Below are positions 27,245 to 38,523 of a stretch of DNA of 64,000 bases, piece after piece (within the stretch, counting starts at the first letter, position 1; each line of letters opens with the position of its first letter). The DNA comes from Macrostomum lignano (lineage: Eukaryota): positions 62,001 through 126,000 of the forward strand of contig NIVC01001178.1 in assembly GCA_002269645.1 (NCBI GenBank). Reading direction: 5' to 3'. Both the position numbers and the translations under genes were made by a program. Below the pieces are notes generated by a model. It searched no databases, was not told where the DNA came from, and was given only the letters and a program-made list of their open reading frames with translations.

Positions 27245-30200
27245 CTTCAATCATGCCGGGTGTACACCTCCGAGAAGTGCACTCTGCCGCCTAGAAGTTC
27301 AGCGCTGTTGGCCTTCCAGCTGGATGTCGGCCACCCCGAGAACCGAGGATCGCCATCAATTGTCGAGCTGGTGAAGTCGAGACTGCACCCCAGCTGCAAC
27401 ACTCTGGAAGCAGCTCCAGCTCTGATGACTATGCCTGAAGGTCGAGGCTACATCGAGGTCGTCAACACTGCTGACTGTGAGGTGTTCCTGCAGTCGGGCA
27501 TCCGCGTTGGTGTTGCGACACCACTTAGAACTGCCGACCTGATGTACCTGGAAGAGACGCCGGAACCTGAAGTTCGACATTTGCCAAGGAGCCCTGAAGA
27601 GCCCAGCACAGCTTGGCTGGAGGAAGTCGAGATCAACAGCGAGCTGTCCATAGATCAACGACAGAGAGTGCGAGATCTACTAGTTGAGTGTCAAGCAGCC
27701 TTCTCGAAGCATCTGCTAGACGCTGGCCTGACACACCTGGTGACCCACGAGATCATCCTGAAGGATCAGACACCAGTTGCGCTACCACCGCGCAGGATCC
27801 CGCCTCATCTGAAGGACAAGCTAGACGCCCTGCTAGACGAGATGCTGGCGAAGCACATCATTCGCCCAGCTTATTCTAGTTACAACTCGCCAATGCTGAT
27901 AGTGCCCAAGAAGGACGGCAACATCCGGCTGGTGCACGACTTCAGAGCTCTCAACGACAAATGCGTGTACCACCCGTACCCGCTGCCGCACATTCAGGAG
28001 ACCTTCGCGAAGCTGCGTGGTGCCCAGTGGTACTCTAGCTTGGATCTCGCTCAAGGATTCTGGCAGATCCCGCTACGCGACTGCGATCAGCACCTGACGG
28101 CGTTCTCTGTGATTGACCCCGGACAATTCTGTTTCAATGTTCTACCGATGGGTCTCCACGATAGTCCAGGCAGCTTTCAGCGTTGCATCAATAAGCTCCT
28201 GGACGGCCTGACGCCAAAGACTGCGCTTGGCTACATGGATGACATCGTGGTGCACTCAGTGACCTTCGAGGAGCAGCTGGACAACCTGCGGACTGTACTC
28301 CAGCGGATTATCGCAGCCAACCTCAAGGTCAAGCCGAAGAAGTGCCATTTGTTCCTCAAGGAGCTGCATTATCTAGGCCACGTCGTGACTCCCGACGGCC
28401 TGAAGACCTGTGAGGACAAGATTGCGCAGATCCGTGATTGGCCCGTGCCACAGTCCGTTACTCAACTGAGACAATTCCTAGGCCTCGCCAATTACTACCA
28501 CAAGTTTGTCAACGGCTACGCTGGATTTGCTGCGCCGCTGCATGCCCTGACTCGAAAGGACATCGGCAGCCTGCGGCAGCATTGGACTGATGAGCACCAG
28601 GTAGCGTTCGACACGTTGAAGAAGAAGTTGTGTTCGACTGAAGTTCTCGCTCTGCCTGAGTTTAACTCAGATCCTGATGTGAAGTTTGTCCTAGACACTG
28701 ATGCCTCAGACATTCGCATAGGCGCTTGTCTTGGACAACGGCAATCCGACGGCGTCGAGCGCCCAATTGCATTCTTTAGCCGGAAGCTTCGTGATCCTGA
28801 GAAGCGCTACACGGTCACGAAGAAAGAGCTGCTTGCAATTGTGGACGCGATGCGACATTTCCGTCATTATTTAATCGGCAAGAAGTTTGAAGTTCGTTCT
28901 GACCATCGGGCCTTGCTGTGGCTGCTGAACCAGACGCAGGTCACAGGTATCTTGGGCCGTTGGATTGAGCGATTAAGCGAGTTCCGCTTCCAGCTTCACC
29001 ATCGCAAAGGCAAGGACCACGCCAACGCTGACGCCCTGTCAAGACGCCCGGAGACACCACCGGTTGACTTCGAACATGGCCGACTGCTGGAGCACCCCGG
29101 TTCTGTAGCCCGACCCGGTGATGACACCAGCCTGGAGCCGGAATTGGACACCACACGTGAGGCCACTGCGAGAGCAGCCCGCACGAAGAAGGTCCACACT
29201 CGCAACGAGGAGGCCGAAACTGCCCTGGCCGAAGACCTGGAGGCCACTGCGCCAGCAGCCCTTCAGCACGACGACCATCGCTGCAGTCAACGCCTGGAGA
29301 CCGGTTTGGACAGCAACCCGGAGGCCACTGACACCTCAGCCCTCCGCAACGACGCCCACGCCGACTGCCGTTACTTGGAGATTCGCCCGGACAAAACCTC
29401 GGAGGCCACTGCTGACGTAGACCTCCTTGATGATGTCCAAGACTGCGGATCTCGGAACCTGGAGACGCCCATGGACCACGACTCAGAGGCCAGTGAACAA
29501 GCAGCCCTCCTGATGACAGCCCACAACGCGAATCCAGACCAGCAATGTAAGTTCAACTCCCCGGAGTTTTGCGCTGAGAGTTCTCGCCGTGTTGACAGAG
29601 GCCAGACTCTCGCGACGGCTGCAAGGTCAACGCTCTGTCCCCCGAGCCGACAGACAGCTGCTCATCGCCTGTGCGGACAGTCGAGTCCCCCTTTGCGACA
29701 CCGCCCAGTGCTGGAGAAGACTCACCCAATGACGACGATGATCGAGCCGACGGCTACGGCTGCCTGCGACGAGGCGTGCTTCACGTGTTGCGTCTCGCCC
29801 TACAGCCAAGAGTCGCCTGGGCTTTGCAGTGGAGGCAAGTGCACTGCTCCAGCTGCGGAAATTCCTGTCAAGAGAGCGACGATGAGAACTTCGAAACGAG
29901 ATCAGCGATCGTACGCCGACGTTGTGAGACAAAGTCCCTCGGAGCGACCTAATCCTGACGCCGACAAGACGGAGTCGCGTGATCAACTGCGAGCCACAGA
30001 AGCGGAGACTGAGGAAATCCGGAACCCTCAGCCATGCCGCGCCGTGCTCACTGATTTTCTGAGGTTGCCGATGACGCGGCAACAGTTTGTCGACGCGCAG
30101 CGCGCCGACCGAGCAATCAGCTACGTGCTCAACTTGGTCGAGAACAAAGCCGCGAAGCCTGAGTTCGACGCCCGGTTGCGACTGACGAAGGAGCAGCGGA

Positions 30201-31234
30201 ATCTGCTCGGATATTATGATAATCTGCGAGAGGACAACGGCCTGCTGATGATCGATCTGACTGATGGCCAGCAGCCCCCGAAGGTTGTCCTGCCCGAAGC
30301 TCTAGATGCCCAGGTGCTCCAGGAGCTCCACAGTTCGCCACTGTGTGGACACCTTGGCCAGACGAAGACATTGAAGCGGCTACGTGAACGATTCTGGAGG
30401 CCCGGATTAGCCCGTGTCACCGAGAACTTTATCAGTAAGTGCCGCGCCTGTCTTGAAAGTAAATCCCGAAGACGAGACCGAGTACCTGTACAGAGCTTCC
30501 CTGTGTGCGAAGTCCTGGGAAGAGTACATTGCGACGTAGTAGGCCCAATTGCCCAGAAGAGCAAGAGCGGGAACCGCTACATCTTGACGCTATGCGACGC
30601 GACGTCGAAGTACCCGTTCGCCTATCCGATGAGGAACCAGAAAGCCAAGACTATCATCAAGATCCTGCAGGAGCGCCTCATCCCAGATTTCGGTGTACCC
30701 TGCTGGATCCACACGGACCAAGGCACCAATTTCACCGGCTCCGCCTTCAAGAAGTTTTGCAACCTGTTTGGCATCCGCCATACTACAACAACATCGTACA
30801 ACCCAGCTTCTAATGGGCAAGTCGAGAACCTCAACAAGCAGCTGAAGAGTGTCCTCACCTGCCTCCTCGAGCGCAACCATAACGACTGGGACACCTTTCT
30901 CCCAGCCTGCCTGATAGCTCTCCGCTCTAGTGTACACCCGGTGACAGGCTTCACGCCACACTACCTGGTGTTTGGGCGAGACTTTCGACTACCAATCGAC
31001 AACGCGATCAAGAAGCTGCCGGAGTATGCCGATCTGCCTGACTATGTCAAGCGCCGATTAGACGAAGCGACTGAGCTAGCTAAAGAACGCCTGCATCTGC
31101 ATCAGCAACTGCGCGACGAGCACTATTCGAACCTGCCCGCCGCCAAGAAGCTCCAACCTGGTGACCTGGTTTTCCTCAACAACCCGGTGCTCGAACGAAG
31201 TTCCATCGACCTCGCAAAGCGCTGTACGAGGTAG
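27245..31234 (+). CDS. pol: Gypsy Pol (RT, RNase H, long tether, integrase); frameshifted near 31198
   Basis: RT LDLAQGFWQ and YMDD; RNase H LDTDAS, KELLA, SDH; integrase HHCC zinc motif, CDVVGP, TDQGTNF, NGQVE. Confidence 0.95.
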   Translation, partial: LQSCRVYTSEKCTLPPRSSALLAFQLDVGHPENRGSPSIVELVKSRLHPSCNTLEAAPALMTMPEGRGYIEVVNTADCEVFLQSGIRVGVATPLRTADLMYLEETPEPEVRHLPRSPEEPSTAWLEEVEINSELSIDQRQRVRDLLVECQAAFSKHLLDAGLTHLVTHEIILKDQTPVALPPRRIPPHLKDKLDALLDEMLAKHIIRPAYSSYNSPMLIVPKKDGNIRLVHDFRALNDKCVYHPYPLPHIQETFAKLRGAQWYSSLDLAQGFWQIPLRDCDQHLTAFSVIDPGQFCFNVLPMGLHDSPGSFQRCINKLLDGLTPKTALGYMDDIVVHSVTFEEQLDNLRTVLQRIIAANLKVKPKKCHLFLKELHYLGHVVTPDGLKTCEDKIAQIRDWPVPQSVTQLRQFLGLANYYHKFVNGYAGFAAPLHALTRKDIGSLRQHWTDEHQVAFDTLKKKLCSTEVLALPEFNSDPDVKFVLDTDASDIRIGACLGQRQSDGVERPIAFFSRKLRDPEKRYTVTKKELLAIVDAMRHFRHYLIGKKFEVRSDHRALLWLLNQTQVTGILGRWIERLSEFRFQLHHRKGKDHANADALSRRPETPPVDFEHGRLLEHPGSVARPGDDTSLEPELDTTREATARAARTKKVHTRNEEAETALAEDLEATAPAALQHDDHRCSQRLETGLDSNPEATDTSALRNDAHADCRYLEIRPDKTSEATADVDLLDDVQDCGSRNLETPMDHDSEASEQAALLMTAHNANPDQQCKFNSPEFCAESSRRVDRGQTLATAARSTLCPPSRQTAAHRLCGQSSPPLRHRPVLEKTHPMTTMIEPTATAACDEACFTCCVSPYSQESPGLCSGGKCTAPAAEIPVKRATMRTSKRDQRSYADVVRQSPSERPNPDADKTESRDQLRATEAETEEIRNPQPCRAVLTDFLRLPMTRQQFVDAQRADRAISYVLNLVENKAAKPEFDARLRLTKEQRNLLGYYDNLREDNGLLMIDLTDGQQPPKVVLPEALDAQVLQELHSSPLCGHLGQTKTLKRLRERFWRPGLARVTENFISKCRACLESKSRRRDRVPVQSFPVCEVLGRVHCDVVGPIAQKSKSGNRYILTLCDATSKYPFAYPMRNQKAKTIIKILQERLIPDFGVPCWIHTDQGTNFTGSAFKKFCNLFGIRHTTTTSYNPASNGQVENLNKQLKSVLTCLLERNHNDWDTFLPACLIALRSSVHPVTGFTPHYLVFGRDFRLPIDNAIKKLPEYADLPDYVKRRLDEATELAKERLHLHQQLRDEHYSNLPAAKKLQPGDLVFLNNPVLERSSIDLAKRCTR

Positions 31235-32952
31235 TCGAACCCAAGGGCGAGGTCGTCTACAAGATTCGCCGTAGAGTGCCAAACTCGCGGGCCAGGCGCG
31301 ACGAGCTAGTAGTCCATCGCCGGAATCTGCTACTCGTACCTGATGCCGACTACCAGCTGACTTCAGATCCAGAAGTCGACAAGGCCAAGAAGCACCGCAG
31401 GTCGACTGATGCCCCGGACGGTGCAGGACCCGCGACCCTGACACCGATCCCGGAGGACGATCCTGATGATGATGATGATGACGATGACGCATGGCCGGCC
31501 TTCCGGTGGCGCTTCCGGCCGTTGGCGATCCCGGATGTGCAGCCAGGAGGTGGACCGGTCACGACACCAGCGAACCAGGCAAGTGCATTTCGGCGTGAGC
31601 CACTGCCGTATGGTGATCGCCATGATGGTGTGCCTGGTTTGAATGCGTCTGCACCTGCTGCTTCTTTTTCACCTGCCCACGCGTCCCCCCTTCCCGAACC
31701 TTTTTCTGCGGCGCAGTCCCCTGCGCCACCTTCTTGCACCACTCCGGTGGAAGCGTCTCCCATACCAGTAGTGGTAGGTAGGCCAGTTAGGGATCGGAGG
31801 CCGCCCGAGAGGCTTCTGATTAGCGATCCTAGGGCCAAAACGTACGTCAGTCGCACCGCCCGCATGCGTGTGCACAAATTAAAACATTTCAGCGCAGCAA
31901 TGCACAAGCGCCCTTATCAGGCGAACTCAAGCGCGTCCTCTGAGGATGAGCAGGGTCGGCCTAGCCGGAGCCGCCACAGGCAGGGAACCCCGTCCTCCCC
32001 GGAGGTCATGGGTATCCCGCGCCGACCTTTAGCGGCGCGGCAATTGCTGCAGCCCGATGGTCAGGAGCACCCGGTGCGCCCACCCCGGCGTGGGAGGGAG
32101 CGAGAGAGTCGCAACGACTCCCCATCACCCGAGATGCGACGGAGCCGACCTAGCCACCGAGCCCGAGGAACGGTCCGCGTGGAACTCCCCGAGGTCATTG
32201 ACCTCACGGGTGACTCGCCGCCGGGCGATGCCCCGGTTCGCCGGCTCACGGCTCAGCGGCTGGCAGCTGCCCTTGCCTATGCTCAACTAGAGCAGGAGGT
32301 GAGCCGCGGGTTACGCGCGGTCCGCCGCCAAATACGAGCCGCCTTTCCAGATCCCGACCCGGAGTCCGGCCACCTGGAGGCGCACCGAAATGATCTTAGC
32401 GAGGCCGTCGCCGGAGGCCCAGGGGACCCCCCGCAGCCAGGGTCCCCCATGTCCTTGGTCGAAGGCGCCCCGTCGCCGAGAGCCGGCCAAGAGGAATCGG
32501 CTGAGCCGGCCGGTCTGTGGGACGGCCTGACGGCCGCACTGAGCCGCGAGTTACCACGTGCGCCACCGTCAACGCCAGAGAATCCGCCAACGAGGGCGAA
32601 TGCCAGCACGCAAACGGCCGACCCGGAGCCAGCTTCGCCCGCCGACGAAGCGCGGGCGGCTCTGTTGATGGCCGGTGCTGGCCTGGCGCGCAACCTCCTG
32701 GTCGCCGCGGCTCGACACGGCCACTGGCCGCAGGTGTTCGCGGGTCCGGTATGGAGCAGCCTGCGCTGGACGACGAGGGAAGAACGTTCGGCCCTGTTCG
32801 AAGGGGCTGTTCGTCTGGGCGGGCCGGACTTGCAGCAACCGAATCGCCCATACGCTGTACACCTGGCGGCGATCGAGATCGCCCGGCATCTCGGCGGCAG
32901 TGATGCTGACCTGCCGGCGGCCCTGGCCCGGCCGTTGATGCAGTATTTCTGA
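31198..32952 (+). CDS. Frame continuing the integrase C-terminus (GPY/F-like KFHRPRKALYEV) plus a long extension or accessory ORF of unknown function
   Basis: Open frame from 31198 to the stop at 32950-32952. It contains VVHRRNL, RPVRDRRPPERL, VIDLT and a helical C-terminal block; no signal peptide or TM segment. Confidence 0.7.
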   Translation, partial: KFHRPRKALYEVVEPKGEVVYKIRRRVPNSRARRDELVVHRRNLLLVPDADYQLTSDPEVDKAKKHRRSTDAPDGAGPATLTPIPEDDPDDDDDDDDAWPAFRWRFRPLAIPDVQPGGGPVTTPANQASAFRREPLPYGDRHDGVPGLNASAPAASFSPAHASPLPEPFSAAQSPAPPSCTTPVEASPIPVVVGRPVRDRRPPERLLISDPRAKTYVSRTARMRVHKLKHFSAAMHKRPYQANSSASSEDEQGRPSRSRHRQGTPSSPEVMGIPRRPLAARQLLQPDGQEHPVRPPRRGRERESRNDSPSPEMRRSRPSHRARGTVRVELPEVIDLTGDSPPGDAPVRRLTAQRLAAALAYAQLEQEVSRGLRAVRRQIRAAFPDPDPESGHLEAHRNDLSEAVAGGPGDPPQPGSPMSLVEGAPSPRAGQEESAEPAGLWDGLTAALSRELPRAPPSTPENPPTRANASTQTADPEPASPADEARAALLMAGAGLARNLLVAAARHGHWPQVFAGPVWSSLRWTTREERSALFEGAVRLGGPDLQQPNRPYAVHLAAIEIARHLGGSDADLPAALARPLMQYF

Positions 32953-33310
32953 AACAATGGTGACGAAGAAGCTGCAATTTAACTATGGTATTCAGGATGA
33001 GGTGCTCTCGCCAACCCGCAACTCTCTCCCAGTTAGGGATGGAGATGCCTCCACGCGTGCTTAGGCGCCCCCCCCCCCTGTTTTCTTTTCTCTGGTGGGC
33101 TGGCGCCCCCACTTCGTATTTAGGCGCCTTGCTAATAGCAGGCCGGCGCCCCTGCGGTAGCGGGTAACAACCTTTTTGGCCTGCCCAGCCAAGCAGTTAA
33201 AGACAGAAATTTTGCCGTTCATGTTTAAGTTGTTTCTCTTTGGTCAGTAAATGCATGTTCATCTTGTTTTAAATAAAGCGCGCGCCGCTTCACTCCGCCT
33301 CTTTATTTGA

Positions 33311-33320
33311 ACGGGGAGAG
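33311..33320 (+). promoter_or_regulatory. Polypurine tract
   Basis: ACGGGGAGAG immediately before the TG of the 3' LTR. Confidence 0.8.
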
Positions 33321-34458
33321 TGTAGTGAGTCGCTAGTTTAGTTAGGCGCCGCACTAGTCAGCTGTTGCCCTCGCCTTCTCCCCAGGTTTCTGTCTGCCGC
33401 TGGGCAGTTGCCTGTCCCTCCCGCCTGTCCCCTGGCCTGTCCTCTGCCCGTTTGTCTGTCTGTCTGTTTGTCCTCGTTTGCCCCCTTTTGTCTCGTTTTC
33501 CCTTTTTGCAGTGCCCAGACAGCTTGGTCTGGCCTGCCTCTGTTTCGTTCTCTGTCAGGCATCTCCAAATTTGGAGTGCCTTTCTGTTTTCCGGTCCCAC
33601 GGTCACGAGTGCCTTCACTTGTGGGCCGTTTCCCCTTGTCATGTGAGTCAGTCACATGACAAGGCCCTCTTCCTTCTTTAGTCCAAAGTGCAATGATTTC
33701 ATCATTGTACGCTGGGCTCGTGTTTATGGGGAGATCACGTGCGCCCGGACCCCCCCCCTTGCCTCCTCTGAGGCAGGGCCCGCTTGTTTGTTGCTAAAAA
33801 TAGCAACAGAGTCACTTATGACGCTCAGCGGGGGCCTTTCGTAATGTGGTGCAATCGATCCTCCCTATAAATGCAGCCCCTCTCCTGGCTTGGCTCAGAC
33901 AAGCCTTCCTTTCCTTCCGTTAACCGTTCCTTCCGTTTCAAGTGTTTCTACGTTTTCCGCGTTCCGTTTTCGTTTCTAGCGAACACTAAGTTGTGTGCCA
34001 AGTTGGCGCTTAAGTTGAACTCCAAGGCTCCCGACTTTGTGCGTGACTGCCTCTGATTGTTCCTGCTATCAATTAGCAGGCCAGCTCAGATCGCCCGAAG
34101 CTAGCACTTTCGCTCTCACCCCGCACTAGCCCGGCAGGGACTGCTGACGGTGGGCACCTCTGCGCGAGAACTGCTAAATCTGCACGAAGTGCGAGTCTCT
34201 TTCTCTCGTCTTAGTTATTTGCTTCTACGAGCTCAGCACCTCACCGAAGGCTGCGACTCTGCGAATCTGGTGGCAGCACTACCGACGCTACTAGATCAAC
34301 CCGGAGACTTCCCAGAGGAGCTCCAGGGAGGCAGCTCACGTGACTGACAGGGAAGTAACTGGAACCAAATACTTCATTGGTGGCAGCGGTGGGATCTGCA
34401 CAAAGACCTGCCAGGCCACCTCTAGACGCTATCGAGGAAAGTACAAGCAAGTACTTCA
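33321..34458 (+). repeat. 3' LTR (1138 bp)
   Basis: Copy of the 5' LTR. Confidence 0.96.
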
Positions 34459-34544
34459 CCTGTTGAGTTTCGTCTGCGTGATTTTCCGGTTTTACACGTG
34501 CGAACTCAGAGCCAGAGGATGTAAGCTTACTTCTGTCGCCTCTC

Positions 34545-34775
34545 ATCAACGAGTTGGATAATCTTCTCCGCGATGGATTTCATGTTAGTGAAAGTGAAGT
34601 CTACCCAGTCAAGCTGCGGTGTGTTTCGTGCGATACTCCAGCACGCGCATATGTTAAAGGAATAAAGTCGCACAACAGCTATTATGCATGTGATCGATGT
34701 TGTATTCAAGGAAATCGGGATCAAGGAACAATGACATTTTGCCAAATTACGGGCTCAATTCCTCGAACCAATTCC
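34545..34775 (+). pseudogene. Internal fragment of a CMC/EnSpm-type (animal) transposase
   Basis: NELDNLLRDGF...LRCVSCDTPARAYVKGIKSHNSYYACDRC matches the CD.PAR..K..K.H..Y..C.RC core of this family. Confidence 0.7.
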
Positions 34776-36314
34776 TCGATTTCTGGTACGAGATTCAGTT
34801 ATAGAATTTCATGCATAGGGTTTGAATCTGTGAAATGCAAAATGGTTTGCTTTCCAAAAGGTTCAACTTTTGTTTTCATTAGTATTATGAGTACTCATAA
34901 ATGAACATGCTAAGCCGTAGGCTCTTTAGGATCTAACCTGCTGGCTCTTTCTGTTTTTTTACATTTCTGATGTGGCGTGTATACTTAGCAACATTAAAAA
35001 GTTGCCACCGTATGTCCCACTGAGCCGTCTTTCGACCATGATCGTTTATCACCTGGCCAACCATTTTGATATTAAAAATGCTTGAAAAAACAATGGAAAC
35101 TGGGCGGAAGCTTCAAACCATCCAATCTTCACCCTCCACTCTTCCCAATTCATTCTCACCCAGCGTTGCGTAAGTTGCGTCACCCAGAACTCAATACTGA
35201 GTTACAGTTTACTGCCCACTCTCAAAGGTGGCAACTTATAAATTTTGTTGAGGAAAATAATATTTATTTTATATTTCACCAGTTCCTAGCAACTATGCAT
35301 TTTAAATTCATTTTCTTTTAGCATAAGATGTAGGACATTTTGGATTCCAAATTGTACGTATTAACTAAATACGCTGGATAGCTAAAGTATTACCTGTAAG
35401 CGCTTTTTATGCCATTTGGTACAGTTTCATTAAAATTTACTTTGTGTTTTTTTAATTCTAGTGTATTTTAGTTAAACAAAAATGTAAATTATCAGTGTTA
35501 AGCAGCTTGGCACTAGTAATAACTTTTCTGTTTGAGCATCACAAATCATGCTGTCACTCCTGAGCTAAAACCTTATATTTTATTTTGCAAGCATGATTTT
35601 TTTAAAGTTTCTGTTTCTGTATTTCTGTATTTTTACAACTTCGTGTGTAAACCTGCTTAATTTTATTAATTTGCATGTTAATACAACATGAACATTTCTT
35701 TCAAATGCATGCATGGAGCTTTTCATTTCAGCACTCTGCTCCATGCATTAATTGAATTTTAGTTAAATATTCAGGTTTAGTTATGTAGATTACTCTTTCC
35801 ATGATGAAATCCTCTCATTGCGCTCAGCTGTATCAATATATGCTACTGTATATATTTAGTGTACAATATCAAAAAATTATACATCAGTTTCACTTATTTT
35901 AGTTTCAATAATCTTTATTAAAAGTTTTGCTTCAACGTAAGTGTATAAATTTGTTTGTGGTCTTTTACTGCTTTGCTATTAATTATTTTATTTTTTAATG
36001 GATAAAGGGGGTTGCTGGGTCTTTGTTACCTTTTCTCGGCAGAATAGTCTATAAGATTGTTAGCTAAACAGGTATTACTGAGCTGATAGCTAGTAGATGT
36101 ATATTTTATGTTGAAATTTCTTTGTCAGCTTCTAGTCCTGCTGCACGTTTATTTCGATTAGTAGTATACATTAATTGTAAGCACAGCTGGGTTTAAGGCA
36201 GTGAGTAGAATGTATGGTAATATGAAAACAACCAGCATAATCAAACGTACATGGACTAGATATACTGTATCAAGTACGAGCAACGCGAAGGAAGCATCCT
36301 ATTTAATGCATTAC

Positions 36315-36443
36315 GAGTTTTCACGAGTAAATCACGTAACAAACTCGTAAACACATCGGACACTTTTTCACGTGTTTTTCACGAGTTTTTTCACGAGTAA
36401 ATCACGTAATTTTCACGTAAAATCACGTAATTTTGTCAAGCGG
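36315..36443. repeat. Cluster of TTCACGAG/ATCACGTAA motifs ending in CAAGCGGG; probable orphan transposon end
   Basis: About 8 CACG motifs in 130 bp; no partner end found in the window. Confidence 0.4.
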
Positions 36444-36446
36444 GTA

Positions 36447-37432
36447 CAGATTTGGCTTCCAACAGGCATACCAAACTTCGGCGAATCCTGTTGGTTTAAT
36501 GCAGGAATTCAAGCTATTGTCGCCGCTTTGAGGGCATCAGGTGTGAACGCCTGTGAACTTGGTACTGAACCGGAAATGCAGCTGATCAAGACGTTGCTCA
36601 CTGATCCGAGTTTGCAAGGCAATTTTGCTGCCCAGACAATTCGAAAGCAAGCTCTGGCAGCCTTTCAAAAATATAATAACGAAGACGACATAGACAGTGC
36701 GGCTCAACAGAAATGCGCCATTGAAATAGTCGAAAATGTTATCCAACTGCCGCAAATTCAGACGTCTTTTTCATTTGAGGTAAAAATGATATTTTATATT
36801 TAATTTGTTATATACCGGCCGGGTTAGCGTTTTTCTCTTAGCCATGTATACTTTTAATAAAAGTACAACTTCCCCCAACCAAAACTTTATACTTCTAGAA
36901 AACCACGTACACAATGTGCGTCGAATGCAACTGCGTGTCGTCTTATTGCTCCGCAACCAAGCACAGTCTGGCTTTGATTCCGCGCGCAAAACAATGCGGA
37001 GCAGGAGAATCTTGTCGATATCATTCAGAATGATTTTCGGAGTTTTAAATAATCGACGATCAATCAGCGAATATTTGCTTAAACTGTGGCAGTTCGAAGT
37101 CCGTACAGGTATCGGATGCGTTCAGCACCCCTAGAATTTTATGCGCTGCTATCTATCGGGCCCAAACCAGTAGTGGCGGCAAGATTTCAAAAAACCGAGT
37201 GCCAGTTCCGATTTGCCAATCGTTTCGACTGAATGATGCGCAGATGTATCATCTAAAGGCAGTAATAGTTCACAAGGGGACTGCAGTTGCTCGAGGCCAT
37301 TATGTCTGCTACGTTTTCACGTCCGATGGAGATGTTTACTTGGTAGACGATTTAAGCGTTCGCCCAGCTACAGCGGCGTTTTCGCTCGACAGCATCAGTC
37401 GGGACTCTGCCGTTCTAATGTACTCAAAATAG
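36447..37432 (+). pseudogene. Ubiquitin-specific protease (peptidase C19) domain, 5'-truncated, one intron (36780-36898), two compensating frameshifts at ~37000-37048
   Basis: Cys box GIPNFGESCWFNAGIQ; CxxC pairs CVEC and CLNC; His box VIVHKGTAVARGHYVCY...LVDD; GAG|GTAAAA...TTCTAG| phase-0 intron. Confidence 0.8.
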
Positions 37433-38523
37433 TCAAAATTCCTTTGAGTTTATCTTATTATATAGTCTAGATGCAAAAATTCCATAAAGAAAGACTGCTG
37501 AATTTTCGCGAATTTTCTGGTATTGAGTTTAATGATGTACTTAGTTAATTAATTTTTTGTGGTATTTCAACATATTGAAACCATGCTGAATGTAGTGCGC
37601 GAACTTTACATCGAAAAGGAAGACTGATTTCACTTTGAATTTATGGTACTTAAAATGATTGATAAAACACCCAATTAATTTTTAATTATTGTATTTTGTG
37701 AAGCAAAAAAGAATTATAATAAATGAACACTCTAAATATAAATTGAAAAAGCCTTTTACAGTTACAATATAAATGCTAGTGTAGCAATTGTTATAACTAA
37801 TAAAACACATTTGAGCAATCTATGCGTTCGCTTTTAAAAGACTCTCTCTACTGTAGTGTACAGGTTCCTTCAATGTTGCATTGCGTCTATCTGCTGGCTT
37901 GCTTGACTTACCAAACAAATACTAATAAATAAATTTACTCTTGTTTTGCCTGTGAATTCTAGGCCAATACGAAAAGCGTAATTTGTCTAATTTATATATT
38001 TTGTAGGCCCTAGGCCTAGTCAATTATGCTTGCTTTATCCTAGTTACTTTTTGAATGTAAAAATTAAAGATTCGGCCTAGGCCCTAATGGATTAGGACCT
38101 GGCCTCTAATTAATTACTTTTACTGAATTTTATCATATTGATAAGACTTTGTTCTTACTTTTACATTAATAATGTAGGTCTGCTTATAATATGCTCTATA
38201 AATAATGTTTGTTTTTCAACTCTAATTAATTATACTTAGGCCCTACTTAAGAGTTATAAGGTCAAGGAATCTACTGCAAGTCTAAGAAAGTCTAATTTTA
38301 TCTCTTGACTCTTGGTCTAAAAAATGTTCATCTTCTCCAATCTTTGCAAAAAAAATAATTAAGTGGTCCTAGCCTAAGCCAAAAAACATTCACATAAAGT
38401 TAGACTTTTTTGTATTTTATTGTAAACTTAATGTTTAAGTGTGTTTAGTAAATTAAAAATTTATAACTAATCTGTTTTGTATTATTTTTATTTCTTTTAT
38501 CATTGTCTTAGATTTCATTAGAA

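Larger units (their letters stand above)
24299..34458 (+). mobile_element. Full-length, recently inserted Ty3/Gypsy LTR retrotransposon (10,160 bp)
   Basis: TG...CA LTRs, 4-bp TSD CCTG (24295-24298, 34459-34462), tRNA-Leu PBS, PPT, and gag-PR-RT-RNaseH-IN domain order. Confidence 0.97.

Noticed and set aside
31276-32952. Retroviral-type env gene
   Set aside because: No signal peptide, furin site/fusion peptide arrangement or TM anchor; the frame begins with integrase C-terminal motifs.
34545-34775. The missing middle of the split transposase at 38.5-41.9 kb
   Set aside because: It lies upstream and overlaps the same motif position with a different sequence (ELDNL versus ELKEL), so it comes from another copy.
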